NCBI GenBank assembly: GCA_963662265.2
Contig: CAXXHA010000010.1
Coordinates: forward strand, 64,001-128,000
DNA length: 64,000 nt
Direction: 5' to 3'
Origin: Spirochaetia bacterium
GTDB taxonomy: Bacteria > Spirochaetota > Spirochaetia > CADAEX01
In this document: piece by piece, positions 10,557 through 19,612 of the stretch
Position numbering within the stretch: the first letter of the stretch is position 1
Layout: every line of letters starts with the position of its first letter
The notes under the pieces: generated by a model
Seen by the model: the letters and a program-made list of their open reading frames with translations, nothing else
Told to the model about the DNA's origin: nothing
Databases searched by the model: none
Translations under genes and position numbers: made by a program

Positions 10557-11069
10557 ATGAGCAATAACACTGAATTTGACACTGTTTTTAAAGTTAATCA
10601 GCATATTGTCTACCCTATTCAGGGTGTCGGAACCATTCAGTCGATCGAAAAAAAGATGTTCAAAAACAATGAGATACTCTACTACATAATTTATTTTGAA
10701 GTATCCGACATGACAGTTATGGTGCCTGTAGATAAGGCTGATTCAATAGGAATAAGACCTATTGTTTCGAAAAAAGAATCTGAAAAAGCTCTGGTTATAG
10801 TTGCAGCACCTGATGAGCCGCTTACAACAGACTGGAAAATGAGATATCAGATGAACCTGGATCTTCTCAAGAAAGGGGATATTACTGATATCGCTGTTGT
10901 AGTCAGATCACTCTACCACAGAAGCAAACAGAAAGAACTTCCGATTCTTGAAAGAAAATTGTTTGATAATGCTATCAAACTTCTAATTGATGAGATTTCC
11001 TATTCTCTCGACAAATCAAAGGATGAAAGTGAACAGCTGATTTTCAGCAAACTGGAAACTGATACATAA
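10557..11069 (+). CDS. carD: CarD family RNA-polymerase-binding regulator
   Basis: FKVNQHIVYPIQGVGTI, MTVMVPV...IGIRP, DWKMRY; start moved to 10557 because the upstream sequence is the promoter. Confidence 0.92.
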   Translation: MSNNTEFDTVFKVNQHIVYPIQGVGTIQSIEKKMFKNNEILYYIIYFEVSDMTVMVPVDKADSIGIRPIVSKKESEKALVIVAAPDEPLTTDWKMRYQMNLDLLKKGDITDIAVVVRSLYHRSKQKELPILERKLFDNAIKLLIDEISYSLDKSKDESEQLIFSKLETDT

Positions 11070-11752
11070 TGAAGCTTAAAGTTTTTGCGCTTATTACTGC
11101 TGCGGGAATAAGTAATAGAATGGGGGGTGTGAAAAAAGAATTTATTCTAATTAAAAAGCACCCCCTTTTGCAATATACAGCAAATCCTTTTGATAAATCT
11201 GGTTTAATCAATAAAATATTTATTACATATACACCCAATAATAAAGAAATGTTCAATGATATTATTCAGGAAGCAAACTTAAAAACTCAAATAGTATTTG
11301 TTGAAGGGGGAAGCTCCAGGCAGCAGTCTGTATACAATGGATTACTGGCAATGAAGGAAGAAAACCCGGATATAGTTTTGATTCATGACGGGTCCCGTCC
11401 TGCAATCAGTAAACATCTTATAAAAAGTGTATATGAATCAACCAGAAGTCATGGCGCTGCAGCCCCTGTAATACCAATAACAGATTCCCTGAAAAAGACT
11501 GATAAACACGGGTTTTTATCAGAACATCCGGACAGGGACGAGTTCAGGGCAATACAAACTCCACAGGGATTTTTATATAAAGATATACTTGAAGCACATA
11601 TCAAGGCTTCTACAGACGGAAGGGAATATCATGATGACACAGAAATTTACTCCCATTATATAGGAAAGGTTTCAACTGTTCCCGGCTGTAAAAAAAATAT
11701 CAAAATAACATACCGCGAAGATTTAATGTTTTTTTCAGGTGAAGAACAATGA
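11069..11752 (+). CDS. ispD: 2-C-methyl-D-erythritol 4-phosphate cytidylyltransferase
   Basis: AAGISNRMGG..K, GGSSRQQSV.NGL, VLIHDGSRP, IQTPQGF, NIKIT..EDL; TAATG coupling to carD. Confidence 0.95.
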   Translation: MKLKVFALITAAGISNRMGGVKKEFILIKKHPLLQYTANPFDKSGLINKIFITYTPNNKEMFNDIIQEANLKTQIVFVEGGSSRQQSVYNGLLAMKEENPDIVLIHDGSRPAISKHLIKSVYESTRSHGAAAPVIPITDSLKKTDKHGFLSEHPDRDEFRAIQTPQGFLYKDILEAHIKASTDGREYHDDTEIYSHYIGKVSTVPGCKKNIKITYREDLMFFSGEEQ

Positions 11753-12225
11753 TAAGAATTGGTCAGGGATATGATATTCACAAACTGGCAGAGAAGAGGG
11801 ATCTGATAATTGGAGGGGTTAAAATTGACTTCGAAAAAGGATCTGTGGCACATTCAGACGGAGATGTTTTAATACATGCAGTTATAGACTCCCTTCTTGG
11901 AGCTGTTGCAGAAAATGATATTGGAACACATTTCCCCCCTTCTGACAATAAATATAAAAATATATCCAGCAGGATTCTTCTCAGGAAAATATATTCAATA
12001 ATTAAAGAAAAAGGGTATAAAATATCAAACCTTGACACTTCTGTTATACTGGAAAAACCGAAACTCAGAAGCTATATAGATCTGATCAGAAAGAACCTTG
12101 CAGATGATCTTGAAACAGAAATAGGTAATATTTCAGTCAAGGCAAAAACAAAAGAACAATGCGATGCAGCAGGAAGAGGAGAAGCTATCGAAGCATTATC
12201 CTCGGTTCTTCTGATCAGAATCTGA
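11749..12225 (+). CDS. ispF: 2-C-methyl-D-erythritol 2,4-cyclodiphosphate synthase
   Basis: MIRIGQGYDIH, AHSDGDVLIHA..D.LLGA, DIGTHFP, SVKAKT.E; ATGA overlap with ispD. Confidence 0.96.
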   Translation: MIRIGQGYDIHKLAEKRDLIIGGVKIDFEKGSVAHSDGDVLIHAVIDSLLGAVAENDIGTHFPPSDNKYKNISSRILLRKIYSIIKEKGYKISNLDTSVILEKPKLRSYIDLIRKNLADDLETEIGNISVKAKTKEQCDAAGRGEAIEALSSVLLIRI

Positions 12226-12230
12226 TTTGT

Positions 12231-13592
12231 TTAATTACTGTCTTTGAATACACAGCTTTCCCATTCCGGATTAAGACATTCATTCCACATCCCTGCTTCA
12301 AAAATAAAATCAAGAACAGTATATCTTTCCCTGAGAAACCTGGCCTTTTGAAAGCTTTCCCGAAAAGTTTTGTTATCAAGTCCAATATGGTTCGGAACAT
12401 AAGGAGCTCCTGCTTTCCTTAAGGCATTTTTCAGGTTTTCTGAGCCATACAGCTGTTTACCGAGTTTCATTTTTATTTCCGGCCATAAAAGTTTTACATA
12501 TTTCCACCGTGATATGAAATCATCCGTATCAACATATTTTTTTCTGCTCTGGTTAACTACCTGTTCCGCAAGAACACGGTCTTGAAACAATCCCCGGATT
12601 TTTTTTTCAACTTCTTTCCAGTCAGGCCTGCTTGCAGTTATTTTATCGACATCTATTTTCTCTGTTTCCATTGCCATCAGTTTTTCATATGCTGCTTCAA
12701 CAGCCACAGAACCTATCCCGACTTTTACCCCGTGAAAAGGGATATTTCCATTGTATGTGTAATTATGATTATCAAGGACATGACTGAAAATATGTTCAGC
12801 ACCGGATGCAGGCCTTGAACTCATTGCATGCTGCATTGCAAATCCGCTTATTACAAGTCCTTCCATAAGACTGGTTAAAGCATCCTGTTCTCTGTTTTTA
12901 ATCCCTTCCGGATTGCCGACCCATTTTCTTATATTATTCTGAAGCATTTCCCAGGCATTTTCATTTATATGGTCAATACCAATCGCATCTGCAATTATCC
13001 AGTCTGCCCCGGCAGGTATCTTTGCGATAAGGTCGGCATAACCTGATCCGTTCATTTCTGCCGGCGCCGAAGCAATTATATCTATATCAGCCATAACAGC
13101 AGCGGGAGCAGGACAGTCGATTGTCTGTTTATAGTTGTCTTTTGTTATTGAGGCCCCGTAAGAGGTATACCCGTCAACAGAAGCTGCTGTAGGAAATATC
13201 ATATATTCCCGGCCGCAGTTATGAGAAGCAAGCTTGACAAGATCGTTGATAGTACCGGAGCCTACAGCAATCGGGACAGCATTATTACTCCTTAAAAATT
13301 CTTCGAGTATTAATACATACTTATACTCGGCATGGATCTCTTCTTCAAAAACAAAAGGTTTAAGAACTTTTAATTCTGTATCTGAAGAAAGAATACTCAT
13401 TATAGTTTTTCCGGCAGCAATGTATGTATTCTGATCTGCAACTACAACAACTTCTTTTTCAGCAAATGACTGTTTATAGTATTTTGCAATATCTCTGATA
13501 TTCCCGCAGCCGATTACCGCTTTTCTGGTATTGCAGACCATCTCCAGTGCATTTTCGATTCTTGTGTTTATATCCTGTTCATAAGTAATCAT
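12231..13592 (-). CDS. sn-glycerol-1-phosphate dehydrogenase-like protein (AraM/EgsA family)
   Basis: AVGSGTINDLVK, PTAASVDGYTS.GASI, GYADL.AK..A.ADW, SSRPASGAEH.FSH, HG.KVG. Confidence 0.88.
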   Translation of the reverse strand: MITYEQDINTRIENALEMVCNTRKAVIGCGNIRDIAKYYKQSFAEKEVVVVADQNTYIAAGKTIMSILSSDTELKVLKPFVFEEEIHAEYKYVLILEEFLRSNNAVPIAVGSGTINDLVKLASHNCGREYMIFPTAASVDGYTSYGASITKDNYKQTIDCPAPAAVMADIDIIASAPAEMNGSGYADLIAKIPAGADWIIADAIGIDHINENAWEMLQNNIRKWVGNPEGIKNREQDALTSLMEGLVISGFAMQHAMSSRPASGAEHIFSHVLDNHNYTYNGNIPFHGVKVGIGSVAVEAAYEKLMAMETEKIDVDKITASRPDWKEVEKKIRGLFQDRVLAEQVVNQSRKKYVDTDDFISRWKYVKLLWPEIKMKLGKQLYGSENLKNALRKAGAPYVPNHIGLDNKTFRESFQKARFLRERYTVLDFIFEAGMWNECLNPEWESCVFKDSN

Positions 13593-13635
13593 TTTGATAT
13601 CTCTTTGGAATATACTGTTTTATTAACAATTAAAG

Positions 13636-13668
13636 TCAGGTTACCCATCACATTGATGGGTAACCTGA
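13636..13668 (-). terminator. Perfect 15-bp stem-loop between the DXR-II-like gene and the AraM-like gene (terminator or RNA stabiliser)
   Basis: TCAGGTTACCCATCA-cat-TGATGGGTAACCTGA; only a weak U tail on the minus strand. Confidence 0.7.
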
Positions 13669-13675
13669 TATATAT

Positions 13676-14965
13676 TTAAAAAAATCTGTCCTGAAATTTT
13701 CTCATCTGATAAATAAGTGAATCAGTATCCAGATCCACCATGTCATAGGTAAGTATTTCACCTTTTTTGACATTTCTCTTCATTTTTGTTTTTTTGGTAA
13801 CCAGGCCAAGTGGAAGAGCATTTGATTTTTTCGCATTTACAGCGCTTTCAAAACTTCCATACACGGTATACCCCCCAATTCCATCAAGAGTCTGTCCCTC
13901 TGCCAAATCTGTTTTAGCAACAGTAATTGTTTCTGAAACCGGACCGCTTATAGGAACAATTGTTGACTGGTTATCCAGAACAGCCTTTACTGCTGAAAGA
14001 GGAGTTTCAAGACTGCAAAGATGATAAGGCCTGTATAAAACATAATTGGGACCATCGCCCATCTTGAGATAATTCATTTCATGATTAACAGAAGGTAGAT
14101 CGCTTCTTATAATAATGAAGACACCCGGGGCAACACCGTTTATATAGTCAACAACCCCGTAATTATTGAGAATACCCCCTTCTTCCTTAAGCATAAACAG
14201 ACCTGGAAGATCGCTTACCTGACCAGCAGCGCCGTGCGCGCCTCTTACATCAGGAACAAATCCTGTTGAATTTGACATGGCAGTCATCTCTACCATGGTT
14301 TTTGTGCCGTCTTTGAAAGATGTAAGCATTTTAGGACTTACACCTTTTCTTGTTGCTTCCTCATACACTGTTTCAGGGTTGCAGGAATAATCAAGCTTAT
14401 TATTTTTACCCTTCCCAATTACAAGAACCTCAAATCCGAGAGCATCTGCAAAATCATACATTTCTTTTACAGCCCCAGGTTCATCTCCCGCAGACCCGGT
14501 ATAAACAACACCGGCATTATCAGCCATCTTTTTAAGTATTGGACCGATGACTACATCAGTTTCAACATTGAGCATAACAATATGTTTTTTATTGTTTATT
14601 GAATCAATTGCAACTTTTGCTCCTACTTCAGGAACACCGGTTGCATCAATATTGACATCAATGGCATCAATCTGTGCCGCAAGCTCAGCATTGTCTGTTA
14701 CAAGGTATTTCCCTTTACCTATCCAGTCATTTGCTTCCGACACTGTATTAACTATTTTATAATCATCTTCAGACATCCCCGCATCTTTGTACGCCCTGAC
14801 TGCATTTTCAATGTTTATATCAGCGACAATTGCAGGCCTGATTCCTTTCATTGCAGACATCTGGCTTACCATGCCGTTTCCCATCTGCCCTGCTCCAATT
14901 ATACCAGCCATGATATGTTCATTTTTTTCTTCAAGTTTTAAAAGTTTTTTATTTATACCCAGCAT
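13676..14965 (-). CDS. COG4091 NAD(P)-dependent oxidoreductase with SAF domain; probable DXR-II/DRL (type II DXP reductoisomerase)
   Basis: GIIGAGQMG Rossmann motif; IDATGVPEVGA, H.VMLNVE.DV.IGP, AGDEP, GKGKNN, DGTKTMVEM, GVVDY, RPYHL.SLE.PL, and C-terminal SAF (VAK.DL..G..LDGIG; VKKGEILTY). These match the Brucella DRL motifs as I recall them. Confidence 0.75.
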   Translation of the reverse strand: MLGINKKLLKLEEKNEHIMAGIIGAGQMGNGMVSQMSAMKGIRPAIVADINIENAVRAYKDAGMSEDDYKIVNTVSEANDWIGKGKYLVTDNAELAAQIDAIDVNIDATGVPEVGAKVAIDSINNKKHIVMLNVETDVVIGPILKKMADNAGVVYTGSAGDEPGAVKEMYDFADALGFEVLVIGKGKNNKLDYSCNPETVYEEATRKGVSPKMLTSFKDGTKTMVEMTAMSNSTGFVPDVRGAHGAAGQVSDLPGLFMLKEEGGILNNYGVVDYINGVAPGVFIIIRSDLPSVNHEMNYLKMGDGPNYVLYRPYHLCSLETPLSAVKAVLDNQSTIVPISGPVSETITVAKTDLAEGQTLDGIGGYTVYGSFESAVNAKKSNALPLGLVTKKTKMKRNVKKGEILTYDMVDLDTDSLIYQMRKFQDRFF

Positions 14966-14987
14966 AACTGCTCCTTATAATTTTTTT

Positions 14988-15854
14988 TTACATCAATCCT
15001 GATGTAATCATTTTATCTACAAGTCTTGCGACTCCATCTTCGGTATTTTTTTCTGTTATATATTTAGCTATTTTTTTGACGTTTTCATTTCCATTTTCCA
15101 TAGCAACGCCGTATCCTGCCCATTTAATCATCTCAATATCATTGTCATAATCACCTACAACTACCACTTCATCAGGAGTAATATCCCGTTCACTGCATAT
15201 TTCTTCCAGCGCGGATTTTTTACTGATACCTGCAGCATTTATATCAAAGCGTCTTTTACCTGTCCGTGTAATTGTAAGTTCGGGCCATTCTGACATCTCG
15301 TCATGAAGTTTCTGAACCAGGTCTGTGTCATCATCAAGAACAGTTGCCTTGATAATTTCCGCAGTGCCGCTGCAGATAAAATCCCTGATATTACCAACTG
15401 CCCTTACCTGAATATGATTTGCCTGATTTCTGTAGTTCTCAAAAGTAAGTTCCAGATCAGGATTTATAACAACATTTTTCAATGGCCACATTCTGTTTTC
15501 TTCATTGAGTTCCTCTACATAAAGAATGTTATAGCCGTAAAACTGTACATATGAATTTTTACTGTTTATATAATCAGCAATTTTCAATGAAGTTTCAGTC
15601 TTTAAATAATTAATCTTAATTGATTCTCCTGTCACTGGATCAACAATTGCCCCGCCGTTTAACGCAACAAGCGGAGTCTTTATCCCGATGCATTTTGCAT
15701 GAAGCCACAGAGAAGCCGGGAATCTGCCGGAAGCCAGTGTCACATCTCTCTTTTTATATATCAATTTTTGCAAGCCGTTTTTCACAGGTTCTGTAAGGAC
15801 TCTATTCGCATCCAAAAGTGTATCGTCCATATCAAGAGCCAATAATTTGTACAT
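14988..15854 (-). CDS. Cof-type HAD-IIB phosphatase
   Basis: LLALDMDDTLL, LASGR, ALNGG, GISK, VGDYDNDIEM...AG.GVAMENG. Confidence 0.93.
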   Translation of the reverse strand: MYKLLALDMDDTLLDANRVLTEPVKNGLQKLIYKKRDVTLASGRFPASLWLHAKCIGIKTPLVALNGGAIVDPVTGESIKINYLKTETSLKIADYINSKNSYVQFYGYNILYVEELNEENRMWPLKNVVINPDLELTFENYRNQANHIQVRAVGNIRDFICSGTAEIIKATVLDDDTDLVQKLHDEMSEWPELTITRTGKRRFDINAAGISKKSALEEICSERDITPDEVVVVGDYDNDIEMIKWAGYGVAMENGNENVKKIAKYITEKNTEDGVARLVDKMITSGLM

Positions 15855-15905
15855 ATTTTTTTAATCCTTATTTACCAAGGTGTGTTTAAGTTCATTTTCA
15901 GTTTT

Positions 15906-16646
15906 TCAATCTACTGTATAAACAGATTTCATATGGGGCATAACAACTTCGCCTCCAAAGGAATCACAGGCATTTTTCTTTAACAACTCAATATCGCAAT
16001 CATGAGATATATGTGATAGGAGAAGTTTTTTAACTTTCCCCTTTCTTGCTATCAAACCCGCTTCATGAGCATTCATATGCCCTTCCCCGGTAGTGTGCCT
16101 GCTTTCCCTGGACACAGCAGCTCCGCAAATCAGAAAGTCTGCATTCATTGCAAAATCAGCAAGAGAATCCATATAAACAGTGTCTGTTATATAGACAATT
16201 ACTTTTCCGTTCTGTTCGATTCTTATGGCATAACAGGGAATAGTATGGTTAACAGGCATAAATGTTATGTTCATACCTGAAATATTTATATTTCTGTTTT
16301 TATCCATATCATATAACTCTGCATTCTTCCCCTGTATTGTTTTCCACACATCTTCAGGTTCTGAAGGTGAATATATCTGCAGTTTATCTTTCATTTTTCC
16401 GCTTCTTATTGCATAGTTTGCAGAATACTGAAGAATACTAACATCACACATGTGATCATAGTGAAGGTGAGTAAGCAGAACAGCTGATACGTTCTCAACA
16501 TTTGCGTAAAACGGGAACCTGCTCATCACACCGCTGCCGCAATCAAGAAGAACCTGCCCGGAGTCTCCAGTTATTAAATAACCTGAAGTTGCGCCTCCGG
16601 CAGAAGGAAATGTTCCCCAAAATCCCAATACATTGACTTTAAACAC
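15906..16646 (-). CDS. MBL-fold metallohydrolase (RNase Z/YhfI/PhnP-like phosphodiesterase)
   Basis: VLGFWGTFP...GATSGYL, LLDCGSG, THLHYDHMCD (HxHxDH), H.IPC, Y.TDT, GHM...EAG, LLLSH. Confidence 0.88.
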   Translation of the reverse strand: MFKVNVLGFWGTFPSAGGATSGYLITGDSGQVLLDCGSGVMSRFPFYANVENVSAVLLTHLHYDHMCDVSILQYSANYAIRSGKMKDKLQIYSPSEPEDVWKTIQGKNAELYDMDKNRNINISGMNITFMPVNHTIPCYAIRIEQNGKVIVYITDTVYMDSLADFAMNADFLICGAAVSRESRHTTGEGHMNAHEAGLIARKGKVKKLLLSHISHDCDIELLKKNACDSFGGEVVMPHMKSVYTVD

Positions 16647-16657
16647 ATTAACCTCAA

Positions 16658-17713
16658 TTATTTATCAAGCCATACAGCATCTTTTATTCTCATGCCGACT
16701 ACATCTCCGACATCAAAATTGTTAGAGACATCAGAAAGAACCCTGAGCATTTCATTTTCAACCGATATATAGTATTCAATCGAATGGCCAAGATAAAGTT
16801 TTCTCGAGATACATCCTTTGAGAGGAGAACCCTGATCAAAATCTATCTTGTTTGGCCTTACCGCCAGCAATCCCTTGTCTGATAGTCTTTCCCTCTTTTT
16901 TACAGAAACCATTTCGCCGTACATATTCACAGTCATTTCATCCTTTGAACTGTCACCGGCCCATTCACATGGGAGAGTATTTGCCGATCCGATGAATTTA
17001 GCTACAAATGAGTTAGCTGGTTCCTGATACAATTCCTGAGGACTTCCCATCTGAATAAGTTTTCCCTTTTTCATGACAATTACCTTGTCAGACATAGACA
17101 TTGCTTCAACCTGGTCGTGTGTTACATTTATAATTGTAACTTTCATCCTCTTCTGAATTTCCTTAATCTCACTTCTCATCTGCTCTCTTAAGGCTGCATC
17201 AAGATTGGAAAGGGGTTCATCAAGCAGAAGTATTTTAGGATCCATGACAAGGGCCCTTGCAAGGGCAACTCTCTGCTGCTGACCGCCTGAAAGTTCATGA
17301 GGATATCTTGATGAAAACGGAAGAAGATCTACTATTTTCAGGACCTCTTCTGTCTTCTGCTTAATGATATTCTTATCCTCTTTCCTGATTTTTAGCGGAT
17401 ATGCAACGTTATTGAAGACGTTCATATGCGGCCAGACAGCATATGTCTGAAAAACCATTCCAATTTCTCTCTTTTCCGGCTGTAAAAAAGTGTTGTTGCT
17501 TTTATTAACAACTTCTCTTCCGTCAATCGAAATAACCCCTTCTTCCGGGACTATGAATCCGGCAATCATTCTTAATGTAGTTGTTTTTCCACAGCCGGAA
17601 GGCCCGACAATAGTTGCCAGTTCATTTTCATTTATTTCAATATTAACGTTATCAACTACTGTTATATTCCCCTGATAACGTTTTGTAAGATTTTTTATCT
17701 CAAGTTTGCCCAT
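16658..17713 (-). CDS. ABC transporter ATP-binding protein (FbpC/AfuC/PotA family)
   Basis: GPSGCGKTT, GMVFQTYAVWPHM, LSGGQQQRVALARA, LLLDEPLSNLD, VTHDQ.EA; TOBE C-terminus. Confidence 0.95.
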   Translation of the reverse strand: MGKLEIKNLTKRYQGNITVVDNVNIEINENELATIVGPSGCGKTTTLRMIAGFIVPEEGVISIDGREVVNKSNNTFLQPEKREIGMVFQTYAVWPHMNVFNNVAYPLKIRKEDKNIIKQKTEEVLKIVDLLPFSSRYPHELSGGQQQRVALARALVMDPKILLLDEPLSNLDAALREQMRSEIKEIQKRMKVTIINVTHDQVEAMSMSDKVIVMKKGKLIQMGSPQELYQEPANSFVAKFIGSANTLPCEWAGDSSKDEMTVNMYGEMVSVKKRERLSDKGLLAVRPNKIDFDQGSPLKGCISRKLYLGHSIEYYISVENEMLRVLSDVSNNFDVGDVVGMRIKDAVWLDK

Positions 17714-17757
17714 ATTCTTCTCCTTTCCAGATAATCATTTACCGTGTATTTTTAGCC

Positions 17758-19491
17758 TTATGAATATAGTTTTCTGTCGCCTATGGTATTTATCAGAACA
17801 TTCATTCCAAGAACAAACAGCATAAGCAGAGTTGCCAGAGCTGCTGTCAGTATTGTCTTTCCCTCTTCCTGGGCAGCATAGACAATAACTCCAATAGTCT
17901 CATGATTAACAGTCCAGAGCAGCGCTGACAAAGTTATTTCTGATAATGCAGGCATCATGACAAGAAAAAAAGCAGCAAACATGCTTGGTCTCAGTAATGG
18001 AAACATGATATCCCTGAAAGACCTCAACTGGCTGGCGCCGCATATACGGCTGGCCTCTTCCAGTGAAGGGTTTATCTGCCCTATTGCGCCTGTAATTGTC
18101 TGAACACCAAGGTTCATGAACTTTGCGAGATATGCGACAAGAAGTATCCATATAGTTCCGTATAATTTCAGCCCGATAACAGGCAGCCTTGTTGCAAATG
18201 CGAGTATCATTGCCAGCGCTATAATTGTTCCCGGAACTGCATATGGAATAGTAACCATTGTCTGTACATGCCTGGTCCCTTTTCTTAATTTCCGGACACT
18301 GACATATGCGATAATTGTTCCCACCATGGAAACTATGAGTCCTGCTGATATTGCCAGCATAAAACTGTTGATAAATCCTCTCTTTATATTTGCAATCTGA
18401 AAGAGCTTAATAAAATTATTCAGAGTCATATTGTCCAATGAGAAAGGCAATCCATAAATCTTTGTTAAAGCGGTTACCAGAGTAACAAGAAATGGAGCTA
18501 CAGTTGTTCCGAGAAAAATTACAGATAATATTGAAAAAGTCAGAATGTTCCATTTGCCCATGCGTGTCACTTCACTTGAACCGCTTTTACCGCTTACAAC
18601 AACATATTTATTCTTCTTGGTTAAAACAAATGACATATGGAGTCCTACAATCCCGAAAAGAGAGAGAACTATTGAGTTGGCAGCTGCTATCTGAAGGTTA
18701 TTGGGTAAATCCGGCCTTGAAATAGTCTGATATATCTGAGTAGTCATCAGCTGTATCTGCTCAGGCGCCCCAAGCACTGCTGCTACTCCAAAATCAGCAA
18801 GAGCATTCATAAACAGAAGGAGCATCCCTCCAAGTATTGAAGGTACAATAAGGGGGATTACAATATCCTTGATAGTCCTCAAGGGGGTAGCTCCTGAGAT
18901 TCTTGCAGCCTCTTCAACTGAAGCATTGATTTTTTTAATTGCAGGAAGAACGACAATATACGGTATGGTATATTTATAAATTGACATAACAAATATCATT
19001 CCGCCCTTGCTGTATATATTAAAAAAAGATTCGCTTAAATTGTATATTTTCATAAACAACTGATTTATGTATCCGACAGGTCCCAACAAATAAGTCCAGG
19101 CAATTGCTCCAATAAAGGGTGGAATTAAATATGGAATAATAAGAAGAATACTCCACATTTTTTTAAATGGTATATCTGTTCTGGCAACTATCCAGGCAAG
19201 AATAACTCCTATTGCAGTTCCAATTAAAGTAACAGGCAATACAACGATCATGCTGTTTACAATACTTTTCAGCACCATCGGATCTTTGAAAATATAGATA
19301 TAGTTAAAAAATCCAAAACCGCTATCAGTTTTAAAACTGCTTATTATGAGAACTACAGAAGGATAAAATATTGTAAAGCATAACAGGATGACAGTTCCCC
19401 ACCAGACAATGTTTGGTAAGAAATCGCCATTTGAAAGTATTTTTTCCTGCAAAAAAGTACTTTCAAGTTTCTTTTTATTTTGATGTAACAT
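17758..19491 (-). CDS. ABC transporter permease with duplicated TM halves (FbpB/AfuB family); start moved to 19491
   Basis: Two EAA loops (SVEEAARISGA, SLEEASRICGA), about 12 hydrophobic segments; AAGGA SD before ATG 19491. Confidence 0.9.
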   Translation of the reverse strand: MLHQNKKKLESTFLQEKILSNGDFLPNIVWWGTVILLCFTIFYPSVVLIISSFKTDSGFGFFNYIYIFKDPMVLKSIVNSMIVVLPVTLIGTAIGVILAWIVARTDIPFKKMWSILLIIPYLIPPFIGAIAWTYLLGPVGYINQLFMKIYNLSESFFNIYSKGGMIFVMSIYKYTIPYIVVLPAIKKINASVEEAARISGATPLRTIKDIVIPLIVPSILGGMLLLFMNALADFGVAAVLGAPEQIQLMTTQIYQTISRPDLPNNLQIAAANSIVLSLFGIVGLHMSFVLTKKNKYVVVSGKSGSSEVTRMGKWNILTFSILSVIFLGTTVAPFLVTLVTALTKIYGLPFSLDNMTLNNFIKLFQIANIKRGFINSFMLAISAGLIVSMVGTIIAYVSVRKLRKGTRHVQTMVTIPYAVPGTIIALAMILAFATRLPVIGLKLYGTIWILLVAYLAKFMNLGVQTITGAIGQINPSLEEASRICGASQLRSFRDIMFPLLRPSMFAAFFLVMMPALSEITLSALLWTVNHETIGVIVYAAQEEGKTILTAALATLLMLFVLGMNVLINTIGDRKLYS

Positions 19492-19542
19492 TAAAAATAT
19501 CCTTTTATTATCAATACGATATAACAAAAATATGTTTTAAAA

Positions 19543-19575
19543 TTGACAGGCAGCTTTTTAAAACCTGCCTGTCAA
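19543..19575 (-). other. Stem-loop between the SBP and permease genes (likely differential mRNA stability)
   Basis: TTGACAGGCAG-11 nt-CTGCCTGTCAA. Confidence 0.6.
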
Positions 19576-19612
19576 AATTAGTTTTAAAGAACGATTACTA
19601 ATCCGTTTCGGA

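Noticed and set aside
13676-14965. Homoserine dehydrogenase, or flagellar FlgA
   Set aside because: Only the Rossmann and SAF folds are shared. The catalytic-region motifs are those of the COG4091/DRL family, and the context is solute uptake.
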